Shown here: positions 1 through 12,195 of the stretch, piece by piece
How the letters are laid out: every line of letters begins with the position of its first letter
Position numbering within the stretch: the first letter of the stretch is position 1
From: Macrostomum lignano
Lineage: Eukaryota
Direction: 5' to 3'
NCBI GenBank assembly: GCA_002269645.1
Contig: NIVC01002176.1
Span: 1 to 64,000 of the forward strand
DNA: 64,000 nt
Program-made: the position numbers and the translations under genes
Notes under the pieces: generated by a model
What the model was told of the DNA's origin: nothing
The model's input: the letters and a program-made list of their open reading frames with translations, nothing else
The model's database searches: none

Positions 1-222
1 GAAGGTGGAGGTGGGAAAAATTCCTAAACGAACAAACCATACATTATATTTTAGGATCAGTGTCGTTAGTACACTGATTTTTTTAACTGCAGGCACTCAT
101 TTTGGCGTCCAAAAAGCAAACGATTACTATCTTTGTCCGCCACATATAGCTTTACTGGGAGGACAATATTTCTACTGTCTTTTCCCGTGGTGACTACAAT
201 AAACAACAACAAACAGACGTAC

Positions 223-3200
223 CTCATTGTCACAATCAACTTTCAACCGTCTGAAGCAGCCACAAGACCAGCAGGTAAAGAGCGCCACTCGTCTCTGATG
301 CTCACGCAGCAGCTCAAAATACGACCGCCTCCACAGCCCGACCGCTTTGTCACGCATTTCATTGACGCGGCTACTGAACCTGGCAATGAGCAGGTACAGC
401 ATCACGATGTTTACCAGGCTGAGAAAGACACAAACACGAGTAGATTTTGAAACCAGGAGAGCCCGATCGCGTTGGCAACTGATCCTACAGACTGGTCGAG
501 GCCGCTACGCGGTGTGTCGAAGTTGATCTGGTCAAATTTTGTAAACAGCAGGTCAAGTGGCAGGGTGAATATCTGTAGAATCACTCGCCACCAGTAGGTG
601 TTCGCACTGAGCTCACTCTGCACTGACGTAGTCACAGGAAACAACAAGTTGACGTAGAAAACTCCGAATGAGTAAAAAATAATTCCAACGATGCTTAGAA
701 AAGGCAGAAAGTCTTTCAGAACAACGCACTTCATCATAGCGATCATGGGTCCTACTGTCGACGAAAAGTTCAAGAAAGCAATTAGCCGAAGTCCAAACAA
801 CAGACATGAGGCCGACATTGTGGCTTGACAAGCGTACACGGTGATATCAGTGGGCCTGAGAAAGATGCACCACTTCCAAATTATTCCCAACCAGAGTAGA
901 ATAAGAGCACACCAGTCTATCAAGTTAGAGAAGTCTCTGCAGTACGGCGGACAGCTTCCAAGTCTTCTTGGTCTGGCGCTGGTCCCGCATCTGCGGCAGG
1001 TGTGAGGCATCAAAGCCATGACAACATCGATCACTTGTAGAATTAGGAAGAACGAAGCAAAGGCTGTTAAAATCGCGTCAATTGTCCATGAGTTAAAAGT
1101 CCGCGCAAAGTCAGTTGTGTACCACGAAAAGTAAAGTAGGAACACTGCATGGATGGCTAGACGCGCATAAAACAACATTGCTAGTCCGAAGCTATAAATC
1201 CAGGAGCTGGAACTTGTTCCTTGGCCTCGCCTTTCATAACACGAAGATCGCCATTCATCATTGGCCATCCTATGAAGACAATCTGTTGCTAGGAGCTCGT
1301 CGCAGTCGGCCTCCTCAATCAGATCCATGATGGTGACACTCGTAGCCGCGTGGTAAATTTCACAAGTACTACAGTTCGCTCCAGGAAAACGAGGCCCACC
1401 AGCTTGAGCTTGGTCGTCACAAATGTTGCCCCGGATGTACCGGAATAGCATCTGTTTCTCGCTCCAGCTAGCATTTTCAAACAGATGGTGGACGACAACG
1501 ACGAGAACTCTTATTACTCTTTTATATAGGTTTTCAAGTTGCTCACATCCGCTGCAAGTCTCACCCCGCTGATTTTGCAGCTGTATGATCAGACGCAGGC
1601 ATGCAGGAATCAGGTCAAACTGTCTCGTGATGACAAGATCTGGTAGAAGCTCGAACTTGCCAGCTTTCAGGGCGATATCAACTATTTGAAGCTCCGACTG
1701 CGAATTTGTTTGCTGACAGCCTGGAAGCAGATTTGATCGACTTTGCTCAACCAGATAGTCGAGGAACTTTGTTTCCGCATCTGGACTAATAAGATTTAGT
1801 CTGAGTGCACTTCTGAAAGCCACAGAAGAGTCTAGGTACCAAGCTTGGCGAAATGCGTCTGCAAAAAGCATCTGTTGTTTTGATACCACAAGAGGCTGCT
1901 GCTCCAGAGTGGAAACCGTTGATCCATTGTCTGCCACAGACAGCACATGACATGCGCTGTCATAGTCAGGTAGCTCTAGCGACCATCGGATTGGGTCAAT
2001 AAAACGAAGCGCGTCAACTACGCGGATTTCGAGAGCCTCTAAAAGGCTTTCTAGCTTGCCGGCTTCAACTGCATAGTCAATGCAAGTGAGCCCTGCGCTG
2101 TCTAAATCTGTAATTCTTAGCCGCTTCTTCAAAAGAAAGTCAATGTTGTTCTTGTGAGCAGCTTGACAAGCAAAGTGTAGGCAGGTGGCGCCGAGTCTGG
2201 GGCCTTTCAGGACCTGCTCTCTTACAAGTTTGTACGACTTTGTGTTCAACTGGGTCTTGAATACGTTAACAATGTTCTCTAGAGAATACCTGCCAGAGTA
2301 GAAATGAAGAATATGAAAACCTGACGAGTTGTAAGCGTTCAAGTTTAGTGACACTTTGACATGCTTTGAAGCCGATGATAGCACGGCTTTAAGAGCATCT
2401 TCATTCAGGCGACTGCACTGAAGCCAGTTTTGTCCCAGAATGTTCTCAGCTCTCTGATCGATGCCAAAGTTGTTGATCAGCTTTTGGACAGCGGCATTGA
2501 AATTCTTGATTGACTCGCTATTTCCACTGCCGAGCATGACAGCATGAAGTAGGCTGTTTCCTTCCAAGTCACAAATTCGAAAGTCCTTCTTAGGTGCATC
2601 AGTAGCGAGAAGAAACTCGAAATTCCAGCCCATGCATGCGTAAAACAGCATGTTCTGCCGAATCGGTCCTGCTTGCTTGAGTACCAGTTGATGTCGCTTG
2701 TTTCTTTGAGAAAGTCCATAACGCCTTTGTCCTGCGCAGCAAAATGTATCGGTGTCTGGCCGTCGTTATTGGCATCTTCTGTATTTTCTCAGCGAAATTT
2801 TCAACTGGCGTCATGACCATCCGTCTGGTAATTTTCATGAAAGTCCTGGGCTTCCCATACAGCCCAGTGTAATGCAGAACCGTGTTACCGGACTTATCGG
2901 GTCTAAACAGTTCCAGTGAGACTATGTCAGCCATTTGTTCTGCTGCGCTGTCAGGCAGGTACTTAATGATAGCCTGCATCACTGACTGACCGTTGGCATT
3001 CTTCCAATTCAAGCACTTTTGTCCCCAACATGCCAGAGCCACTGAATTGAAAAAGCTGTCATGCTGTTTCCCTGAATATGCATCCAAATGAACGTGCTGG
3101 TTCCTAGCTGCATAGTGAGCGAGAGTGTCGCCCTCGTCATCAACCAGATTTTTAGGAGCACCGAGTTCATCAGATTCCAATGCATGATTTAGAAAAGTCT

Positions 3201-3756
3201 TGGCGGTCTCTACACTGCAGTGCTCCATGGCTATGTGAAGCACGGTCTGTTTTTTGCTATTCTTCCACAGCATAAATCCTCTTGTGACAGGCCAGTTGGT
3301 CCGCTGGTTGCCGTCTGATGCTCGTAAAATTTCTAGAATGACCTCCTTGTGGCTGCAGTTCCGAGCGGCACAATGGGCCAGTGTGTTTCCGTATTTGTCT
3401 CTGAGCCGGTAGCTGCATAAAAAACGAAGCACGTTCGGCCAGAGTTGCTTGAGTTGCTCGAGCGAGTAGCTTGCGGTGGCGTAATGAAGCGGAGTTGCTT
3501 TGTGTTCATCTTCCATGTCAAGACAAGAAAGTCCTGCACTGCGAGACAGTTCCTCGAGCAAACGGAAGCCTCCTGGTTTCATGGCGGCAAAGTGAGCCGC
3601 AGTTCGACCCTCATCGTCTCTTTCCAAACTGAAGGCCTGCTGAATGTGCTTGATGGCAACTTCGAAATTGCCTCGTTTGGCTTCAACAAGCAGGCTTCCT
3701 TTGATCTTCTCATTCTGTAACTGCGCTGCTGCAGGCGCACCGACTGCAGTCGTCAT
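223..3756 (-). CDS. Ankyrin-repeat TRP cation channel with TRPM-type transmembrane/TRP domain; frame broken by three -1 indels (~2785, ~2653, ~425); probably continues beyond a splice donor at 222
   Basis: ORFs 2599-3765, 2477-2719 (extended upstream), 411-2651 and 172-405 join into one protein if one base is restored at each break. About 14-15 ankyrin motifs (DDEGRTAAHFAA, DKYGNTLAHCAA, NNDGQTPIHFAA, GATCLHFAC), six hydrophobic helices, S4-S5 linker LRLIAF..VGPMIAMM, S5 KDFLPF..FGVFYVNLLFP, S6/TRP helix VNIVMLYLLIARFS..WRRSYFELLREH. GAG|GTACGT donor at 223/222. Confidence 0.8.
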
Positions 3757-3996
3757 ATTGATCAAATGGTACTCAGGACAATGCAGTTGTAGGACCAGCG
3801 CAGCCTGCGATTCAAGTGATGTTTTTATTCCGTGAGTAAATCAGAGTGGCTTAGGAATCGCACTTGGTTAAAATGCGCGCACAAGGTACATAATCCACTG
3901 AAACGGTATTTACAAAACTCGTGCTTTCAGTAGCGAACTTTTAAAACATTGGCAGCTAAACTACCGTGGCTTACGCAGAGTAAGGGGCACCACGGT

Positions 3997-6900
3997 CCAC
4001 TAAAAGACGGGGGCGCCCACTAAGAGACAGGGGCGGCCACTAAGAGACAGCAGCGCCCACTAAGAGACAGGGGCGGCCACTAAGAGACAGAGGGACCCAC
4101 TATTAAGAGACAGGGGGACCCACTATTAAGAGACAGGGGGACCCACTATTAAGAGACAGGGGGACCCACTATTAAGAGACAGGGGGACCCACTATTAAGA
4201 GACAGGGGGACCCACTATTAAGAGACAGGAGTGCCCATACACCAAGGGACAGGGGCACCCACTAAGAGACAGGGGCGCCCACTAAGAGACAGCGGCGCCC
4301 ACTAAGAGACAGGGGCGGCCACTAAGAGACAGGGGCGCCCACTAAGAGGCAGGGGCGCCCACTAAGAGACAGCGGCGCCCACTAAGAGACAGGGGCGGCC
4401 ACTAAGAGACAGGGGCGCCCACTAAGAGACAGGGGCGGCCACTAAGAGACAGGGGCGCCCACTAAGAGACAGGGGCGCCCACTAAGAGACAGGGGCGCCC
4501 ACTAAGAGACAGGGGCGGCAACTAAGAGACAGGGGCGCCCACTAAGAGACAGGGGCGCCCACTAAGAGACAGGGGCGCCCACTAAGAGACAGGGGCGCCC
4601 ACTAAGAGACAGGGGCGCCCACTAAGAGGCAGGGGCGCCCACTAAGAGACAGCGGCGCCCACTAAGAGACAGGGGCGGCCACCAAGAGACAGGGGCGGCC
4701 ACTAAGAGACAGGGGCGCCCACTAAGAGACAGGGGCGCCCACTAAGAGACAGGGGCGGCCACTAAGAGACAGGGGCGGCCACTAAGAGACAGGGGCGCCC
4801 ACTAAGAGACAGGGGCGGCCACTAAGAGACAGGGGCGCCCACTAAGAGACAGGGGCGGCCACTAAGAGACAGGGGCGCCCACTAAGAGACAGGGGCGCCC
4901 ACTAAGAGACAGGGGCGGCCACTAAGAGACAGGGGCGCCCACTAAGAGGCAGGGGCGCCCACTAAGAGACAGCGGCGCCCACTAAGAGACAGGGGCGGCC
5001 ACCAAGAGACAGGGGCGGCCACTAAGAGACAGGGGCGCCCACTAAGAGACAGGGGCGGCCACTAAGAGACAGGGGCGGCCACCAAGAGACAGGGGCGCCC
5101 ACTAAGAGACAGGGGCGGCCACTAAGAGACAGGGGCGCCCACTAAGAGACAGGGGACCCACTATTAAGAGACAGGAGTGCCCATACACCAAGGGACAGAG
5201 GTGCCCACTACTAAGAGACAGGGGCGCCCACTAAGAGACAGCGGCGCCCACTAAGAGACAGGGGCGCCCACTAAGAGACAGGGGAGCCCACTAAGAGGCA
5301 GGGGCGCCCACTAAGAGATAGGGGCGCCCACTAAGAGATAGGGGCGGCCACCAAGAGACAGGGGCGGCCACTAAGAGACAGGGGCGGCCACTAAGAGACA
5401 GGGGCGCCCACTAAGAGACAGGGGCGCCCACTAAGAGACAGCGGCGCCCACTAAGAGACAGGGGCGGCCACTAAGAGACAGGGGCGCCCACTAAGAGACA
5501 GGGGCGCCCACTAAGAGGCAGGGGCGCCCACTAAGAGACAGCGGCGCCCACTAAGAGACAGGGGCGGCCACCAAGAGACAGGGGCGGCCACTAAGAGACA
5601 GGGGCGCCCACTAAGAGACAGGGGCGCCCACTAAGAGGCAGGGGCGCCCACTAAGAGACAGCGGCGCCCACTAAGAGACAGGGGCGGCCACCAAGAGACA
5701 GGGGCGGCCACTGAGAGACAGAGGGACCCACTATTAAGAGACAGGGGGACCCACTATTAAGAGACAGGGGGACCCACTATTAAGAGACAGGAGTGCCCAT
5801 ACACCAAGGGACAGGGGCGCCCACTAAGAGACAGGGGCGGCCACTAAGAGACAGGGGCGCCCACTAAGAGACAGGGGCGCCCACTAAGAGACAGGGGCGG
5901 CCACTAAGAGACAGGGGCGCCCACTAAGAGACAGCGGCGCCCACTAAGAGACAGGGGCGGCCACCAAGAGACAGGGGCGGCCACTAAGAGACAGGGGCGC
6001 CCACTAAGAGACAGCGGCGCCCACTAAGAGACAGCGGCGCCCACTAAGAGACAGGGGACCCACTATTAAGAGACAGGGGGACCCACTATTAAGAGACAGG
6101 AGTGCCCATACACCAAGGGACAGGGGCGCCCACTACTAAGAGACAGGGGCGCCCACTAAGAGACAGGGGCGGCCACTAAGAGACAGGGGCGCCCACTAAG
6201 AGACAGCGGCGCCCACTAAGAGACAGGGGCGCCCACTAAGAGACAGGGGCGCCCACTAAGAGACAGGGGCGCCCACTAAGAGACAGGGGAGGCCACTAAG
6301 AGACAGGGGCGCCCACTAAGAGACAGGGGCGCCCACTGAGAGACAGAGGGACCCACTATTAAGAGACAGGGGCGCCCACTAAGAGACAGGGGCGCCCACT
6401 AAGAGACAGGGGCGGCCACTAAGAGACAGGGGCGGCCACTAAGAGACAGGGGCGGCCACTAAGAGACAGGGGCGGCCACTAAGAGACAGCGGCGCCCACT
6501 AAGAGACAGGGGCGGCCACTAAGAGACAGGGGCGCCCACTAAGAGGCAGGGGCGCCCACTAAGAGACAGCGGCGCCCACTAAGAGACAGGGGCGGCCACT
6601 AAGAGACAGGGGCGCCCACTAAGAGACAGGGGCGCCCACTAAGAGACAGGGGCGGCCACTAAGAGACAGGGGCGGCCACTAAGAGACAGGGGCGGCCACT
6701 AAGAGACAGGGGCGCCCACTAAGAGACAGGGGCGCCCACTAAGAGACAGGGGACCCACTATTAAGAGACAGGGGACCCACTATTAAGAGACAGGGGGACC
6801 CACTATTAAGAGACAGGGGGACCCACTATTAAGAGACAGGAGTGCCCATACACCAAGGGACAGGGGCGCCCACTAAGAGACAGGGGCGCCCACTAAGAGA

Positions 6901-7497
6901 CAGCGGCGCCCACTAAGAGACAGGGGCGGCCACTAAGAGACAGGGGCGCCCACTAAGAGGCAGGGGCGCCCACTAAGAGACAGCGGCGCCCACTAAGAGA
7001 CAGGGGCGGCCACTAAGAGACAGGGGCGCCCACTAAGAGACAGGGGCGCCCACTAAGAGACAGCGGCGCCCACTAAGAGACAGGGGACCCACTATTAAGA
7101 GACAGGGGGACCCACTATTAAGAGACAGGAGTGCCCATACACCAAGGGACAGGGGCGCCCACTACTAAGAGACAGGGGCGCCCACTAAGAGACAGCGGCG
7201 CCCACTAAGAGACAGGGGCGCCCACTAAGAGACAGGGGCGCCCACTAAGAGACAGCGGCGCCCACTAAGAGACAGCGGCGCCCACTGAGAGACAGAGGGA
7301 CCCACTATTAAGAGACAGGGGGACCCACTATTAAGAGACAGGGGGACTCACTATTAAGAGACAGGGGGACCCACTATTAAGAGACAGGGGACCCACTATT
7401 AAGAGACAGGGGGACCCCCTATTAAGAGACAGGAGTGCCCATGCACCAACAAGGGACAGGGTCGCCCACCAATAGACAGCAGGGCGCCCACCAAGAC
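3997..7497. repeat. ~3.5-kb satellite of a 20-bp unit CACTAAGAGACAGGGGCG(C/G)C (~170 units) with recurring variant blocks
   Basis: Direct tandem repetition; 23-bp CACTATTAAGAGACAGGGGGACC variants and an AGGAGTGCCCATACACCAAGGGAC insert recur several times. Confidence 0.98.
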
Positions 7498-8171
7498 ACC
7501 AAGCATTCGAATTGTGAGTTTTGTGTTGGCTGTTTTGGAGTTGGCCTGCGCTGGGGGGTTGAGCACGCTTTTATTTACCTGCGTCAATATCGACTACATG
7601 TACGTGCATACTTTGTGCGTGACAAATATATATATCGACTAACTTTGGCCTTTGAGTGTGTATTTCTCTCGCAATTCTGGTCTTACAGAATGTTGGCGCC
7701 CCTTTATGTATGAGGCCCTTATATAAAAATTCCTGAGTATGCCCCTGCAAAAGCAATGTACGAAGTATTTTTGCCGATTAACTTACCACACGATAAGTAC
7801 CAAAGAGTCTAGCTATACATATAATTCGCCAAACCAATGTTTTTGATAAACGCTTAAAGTTGGTTTAAATTTATCAGCTTAAACGATAAAATATTGCCCT
7901 TAAGCTTGGCTTGTATTCATTTTATACTTCTGTTCGTCCTACTGACATGCAAGCCCTGCTAAATAGGAACGCATTGCAGGTACCCCAGTGTAAGTTGCCA
8001 AAATCTGTCAAGTGTCACGTTTTACTGAACTGAGTGGGTACAACACGTACAGTTCCTGATAGATGGAACTAGAGAAAACACAAATGTCTGGGTGTCACAC
8101 TACTACCGTGTTATTGCACACTTTGAGTTCATATACTTAAAATACCCTAACCCTGCAGTGACGTCGATGTC

Positions 8172-8449
8172 CAGGGGCGTCGCCATGGATTTCATGGTGG
8201 GGGGACAAAGCCCAAGAATTCTACATGTACATTATTTTAGTAATTGATGTTGTTAACAATCATTTTGGCCGCAGGCACTATATACATGTTTTGTTGCCCT
8301 GAAGCAAAATTATTGATTTCCATAACAAGTCAACAAAGGCGGGGTGAGGGGGGGGCAGAGCATTGGCATGTCCCCCCATAACTTTTAATGGGAGTATCTG
8401 GAGGGGGACATGTCCCCCTGTTCCCCCCTGGTGGCGATCGACGCCCCTG
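8172..8449. mobile_element. Non-autonomous DNA transposon (MITE), ~280 bp
   Basis: Terminal inverted repeats CAGGGGCGTCG...CGACGCCCCTG with G/C-run subterminal motifs; no ORF; the putative 8-bp TSD is only partly conserved (TCGATGTC/TCGAAAGC). Confidence 0.7.
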
Positions 8450-9197
8450 TCGAAAGCGTCAACCGAAGGCCAAAATAATTCTGTTTGACCTAATAAATAT
8501 TAACATTAACGACGTCATATGTCGGCCGAACGTCGGTGCAATTTAGACCGTTGCCGACGTCGGGTTGCTGTACGGGTGACGAGTTAGAACTCAACGCAGT
8601 CAATCAATCTTCTCGAAGAATATTGACTCAAGACAGGTAGCTTATTAAAAGCCTAGCAAAGCCTCTGTTTAGTTAGATCACGTTGTGACGCAACAAAATA
8701 TAAGCTCACGACTTTTCTATTCATTACTTGGCTACAGAGAAGATCCATGCGTTGTAAAATTAAGAAACATTTCACATTTCACACATTAAGAAATTTAGTA
8801 TTCTCAGAATAAACATCAACAGAGAGGGTAAACAAACAGATATCAATATAATGTGAATCTGTGACCAAATTTGCTTTGTATAAACCATGAGTTTACCTTA
8901 TAGTATAATTTGAAATCAGGCGGCCGAAAACTTTGACAGAATTCACTTGGAAACAGATCGAATTCACACATGAATTCACAAGTAAGCATTGTGTGTAAAG
9001 TGACAATTATTGCGAATGCATTGATGGGATTACAAAGCTTTGAATTCGAACTCTGGTTCGCCGACCACATGTAGAAAGAATTTCATTGCCTAAATAAAGA
9101 AAATACAGGAAAAGGGAATGGTAATGCGACTCACACTACTGATGAAGACCAGGCGAGTAGAAAGCTGCGCACAGGCCACGCCAGTTTATTTAGTGTA

Positions 9198-9748
9198 TCT
9201 GGATGAAGCTGTGAGGCTGAGTTTGTCTGGATGAAGCTGTGAAACTGAGTGAGTCTGGATGAAGCTGCAAAGCTGAATGGGTCTGGATGAAGCCAAATGT
9301 GAAGCTGAGTGGGTCTGGATGAAGCTAGATGTGAAGCTGAGTGGGTCTGGATGAAGCTAGATGTGAAGCTGAGTGGGTCTGGATGAAGCTAGATGTGAAG
9401 CTGAGTGGGTCTGGATGAAGCTAGATGTGAAGCTGAGTGGGTCTGGATGAAGCTAGATGTGAAGCTGAGTGGGTCTGGATGAAGCTAGATGTGAAGCTGA
9501 GTGGGTCTGGATGAAGCTGCGAAGCTGAGTGGGTCTGGATGAAGCTGCGAAGCTGAGTGGGTCTGGATGAAGCTGCGAAGCTGAGTGGGTCTGGATGAAG
9601 CTATATGTGAAGCTGAGTGGGTCTGGATGAAGCTGTAAAGCTGAGTGGGTCTGGATGAAGCTGCGAAGCTGAGTGGGTCTGGATGAAGATATATGTGAAG
9701 CTGAGTTGGTCTGGATGAAGCTGTAAAGCTGAGCGGGTCTGGATGCTG
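9198..9748. repeat. Minisatellite with 32-bp and 28-bp units (GTCTGGATGAAGCT[AGATGT/GC]GAAGCTGAGTGG)
   Basis: Direct tandem repeats visible in the sequence. Confidence 0.95.
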
Positions 9749-10017
9749 TGAAGATCTTAAATGAGAAAGTTACTCAAATTTGTCTCCCAATTTCTATGCT
9801 GCTAAGGTAGCTCTTAGGATGGTTAATTTTTCAAATAAATATAGTTTTTTAAACAACATAGCAGTGCCGATTTGAATGACTTTACTTGACTAAGTTTGCT
9901 TTTATTTTCATCAAAAGTTCTCGCTTCACTCTCGCATTCTTTTCAAAGTCAAAGTCAAACACTTGATTAAATCTTGCTGCATCGAGTTATCTGACAGGCA
10001 ACACCCATACCTCAGCT

Positions 10018-12060
10018 TTAATTCTTCCAATAGGTACATTTATTCTTTCGATTTAAAGTGCTCGATTTGCTGCATTCGAATGCTCTGGCGAACTCCTTGT
10101 TGTTGAACATGGCGCTGTCAAACTTGACTTGGAGAGCATTGTACGGTTTGAAAGGCTCGCTAATCTGTTCTGTCATCCCGGTTTGGTAAAAGAGTTGCGC
10201 AATCAGTGTGAAAAACATTCGATTGAGTTGATTTTGGTCAGCGGGTTCGGCTGCGCAGAGTTCATCTGCGGTTGGCTGGAGTTGCTCAGCTGATTGAATG
10301 CTCTAAACCAGTATCTGCACGTTGCAGATTTGCTGCGGGGTCACTTGACGAACGCTTGGTAACTGGAATGGGCTTGAAGTTTCTGCTGCTCTACAATTAA
10401 AGATCTGTTTTCACTTATTTGGTTTATTTCTTTCACAGCTTGCCAAATCGGTATGCTGAATGCAGTTGACCAGCCGCGGGCCCAATTAATGATGTAAATA
10501 AAATTAATGTAAATATTGGTGGCGTGAGCCGACGCAGAGGGATGGAGACAATTCTAAACCCGTGTTTTGTGTTTGCATATTTTTCTTCAACATCAAAAGG
10601 ATTCCTCATAAAGAAAGCAGTACTGTATTTCTGGCCGCAAAGTACCGGATTCTCAGCTGGGAAGCGAGGCTCATCACAGAGCGCCAAAGTTTTTTTCCTC
10701 GTCAGCTTCAAATCTTTCGGCGTAGGTTCGAGCAAGAGGCGCGTAGATACTCTTTAGAGCTGGAAGGAATTCAGCCAAACTTCTTTGATCCGAAAGTTCG
10801 AAAAAGTCGCTAGTGTACCTAACTTCATCAATATCGCTTTCCGTCCACCAATTCTGAGACTCCAAACTCTGGACAGCAACTTTTTTGACGATTTCAAACA
10901 CAGTCTCCACATTGGCTGCATCAGTTGAGTTATATTATGCCACATTGTACATTGTGGATACCACTGGTTGGAGCAGTTTTTTTGCAGCGTCAAGACAATA
11001 GTGATTATTCTTGATAAACCAGCTCGGGATCATTTTTGACAATTTGAAGAGCCAGTCAAACAAAATTATCTGAGTGCTGGTTGCTTCGAGTATTGACTTG
11101 AAATTCCCATTACGTAGCATACCATCGGATGTTAAATTTATGAATGCACCTAAATAGGCAATCTGAACAGAGGCTGCAAGTAACAAACGGCCACCTTCAT
11201 AACTCGAATCCACTTCTTCAAAAAAATTGTCCTTGAAAATGAAACTCGAGTATCAGCCGAAATGCAATTAGTAAAGTTTTCAAGCTGCTTAGCTGTAAAC
11301 ATCAGGTTTCCGTTTTCATTCCCAGCCCTGTATCTGTATGCAGCTCTCAAGCAAAGCTGCACTGAATCCGACTTCGACAGTTCATCCAATGAGGCCAGCT
11401 TTTGAACAATATTCGTCGCCTCCAGCTCAACGGAATTCGTTACGTTCCATTTCCGAAGGAATCGCAGAAATTTAATCATCTTTGACGACTTCATGGCTCT
11501 GGGTTTCGGTCCGCTAATATTGGCGAATCGGTGTGAAAGTACTTTGAACCTGGCTGCCAACAGGTGGAAACAGGCTCTACAACAGGCAAGAGTCGCTAGC
11601 AGAGACTCGAGCTCAAGAACTTCGCCTCGATGTCTAAATTCGGTCTCCAGATTGTTGAGCAGCTGGCTAAAAGCGGATCTGAGAAACGCGCCACGCATCG
11701 CTTCTGCGTCAGAGCCGTTCCACCAGCTGAGGCAGTCACCGTACAGCCTACTGGCAATTCTGGTCGGATTAGAGATCATTTCGTCCTGCTGCTGCACTCC
11801 ATTACTTGAGTTTGTCAACAGCTTGTGCAGTCGGTTTCTCATTGTCTCATCAGCTTGCTTGAACAGGTCTTCATGGGGCAGATTTCCAGTGGCGAATTCG
11901 TACATAGACTCGCACGGATTCACTGACTGATTCATCCAGCTGGCGGTTTCCGGTTCGTATTGCTCCATATTGCAGCACATTTTAGTAGCTGCACTATGCC
12001 GCTCCTCCGAGGCCAGTGGAACAGAGATCGCCGGTTGAGCAGACAGCAGCAGCAGCAGCA
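10018..12060 (-). pseudogene. Neprilysin/M13 metallopeptidase-like gene, multiply frameshifted, no HExxH zinc motif
   Basis: N-terminal WMNQSVNPCESMYEFATGN matches M13 MNxSVDPCxDFYxFACG; IVSIPLRRLTPPIF matches IxFPAGILQPPF; C-terminal RMFFTLIAQ..NNKEFARAFECSKSSTLNRKNKCTYW matches the M13 end. Split over at least five ORFs in different frames with no obvious introns. Confidence 0.7.
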
Positions 12061-12098
12061 GAGAGAGTAGAGAGGAGAAGAGAGATGGGAGAGGAGAG

Positions 12099-12163
<65 letters not shown>

Positions 12164-12195
12164 GAGCAGAGAGAAGCGAGAAGAGATAAGAGAAA
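12061..12195. repeat. (GA)n microsatellite / purine tract, preceded by (CAG)6 at 12044-12061
   Basis: Pure AG dinucleotide run ~12101-12158 inside a G/A-rich tract. Confidence 0.97.

Noticed and set aside
3997-7497. CRISPR-like regular repeats (also 9.2, 34.5 and 41 kb)
   Set aside because: Contiguous tandem units with no unique spacers, no cas genes, eukaryotic context.
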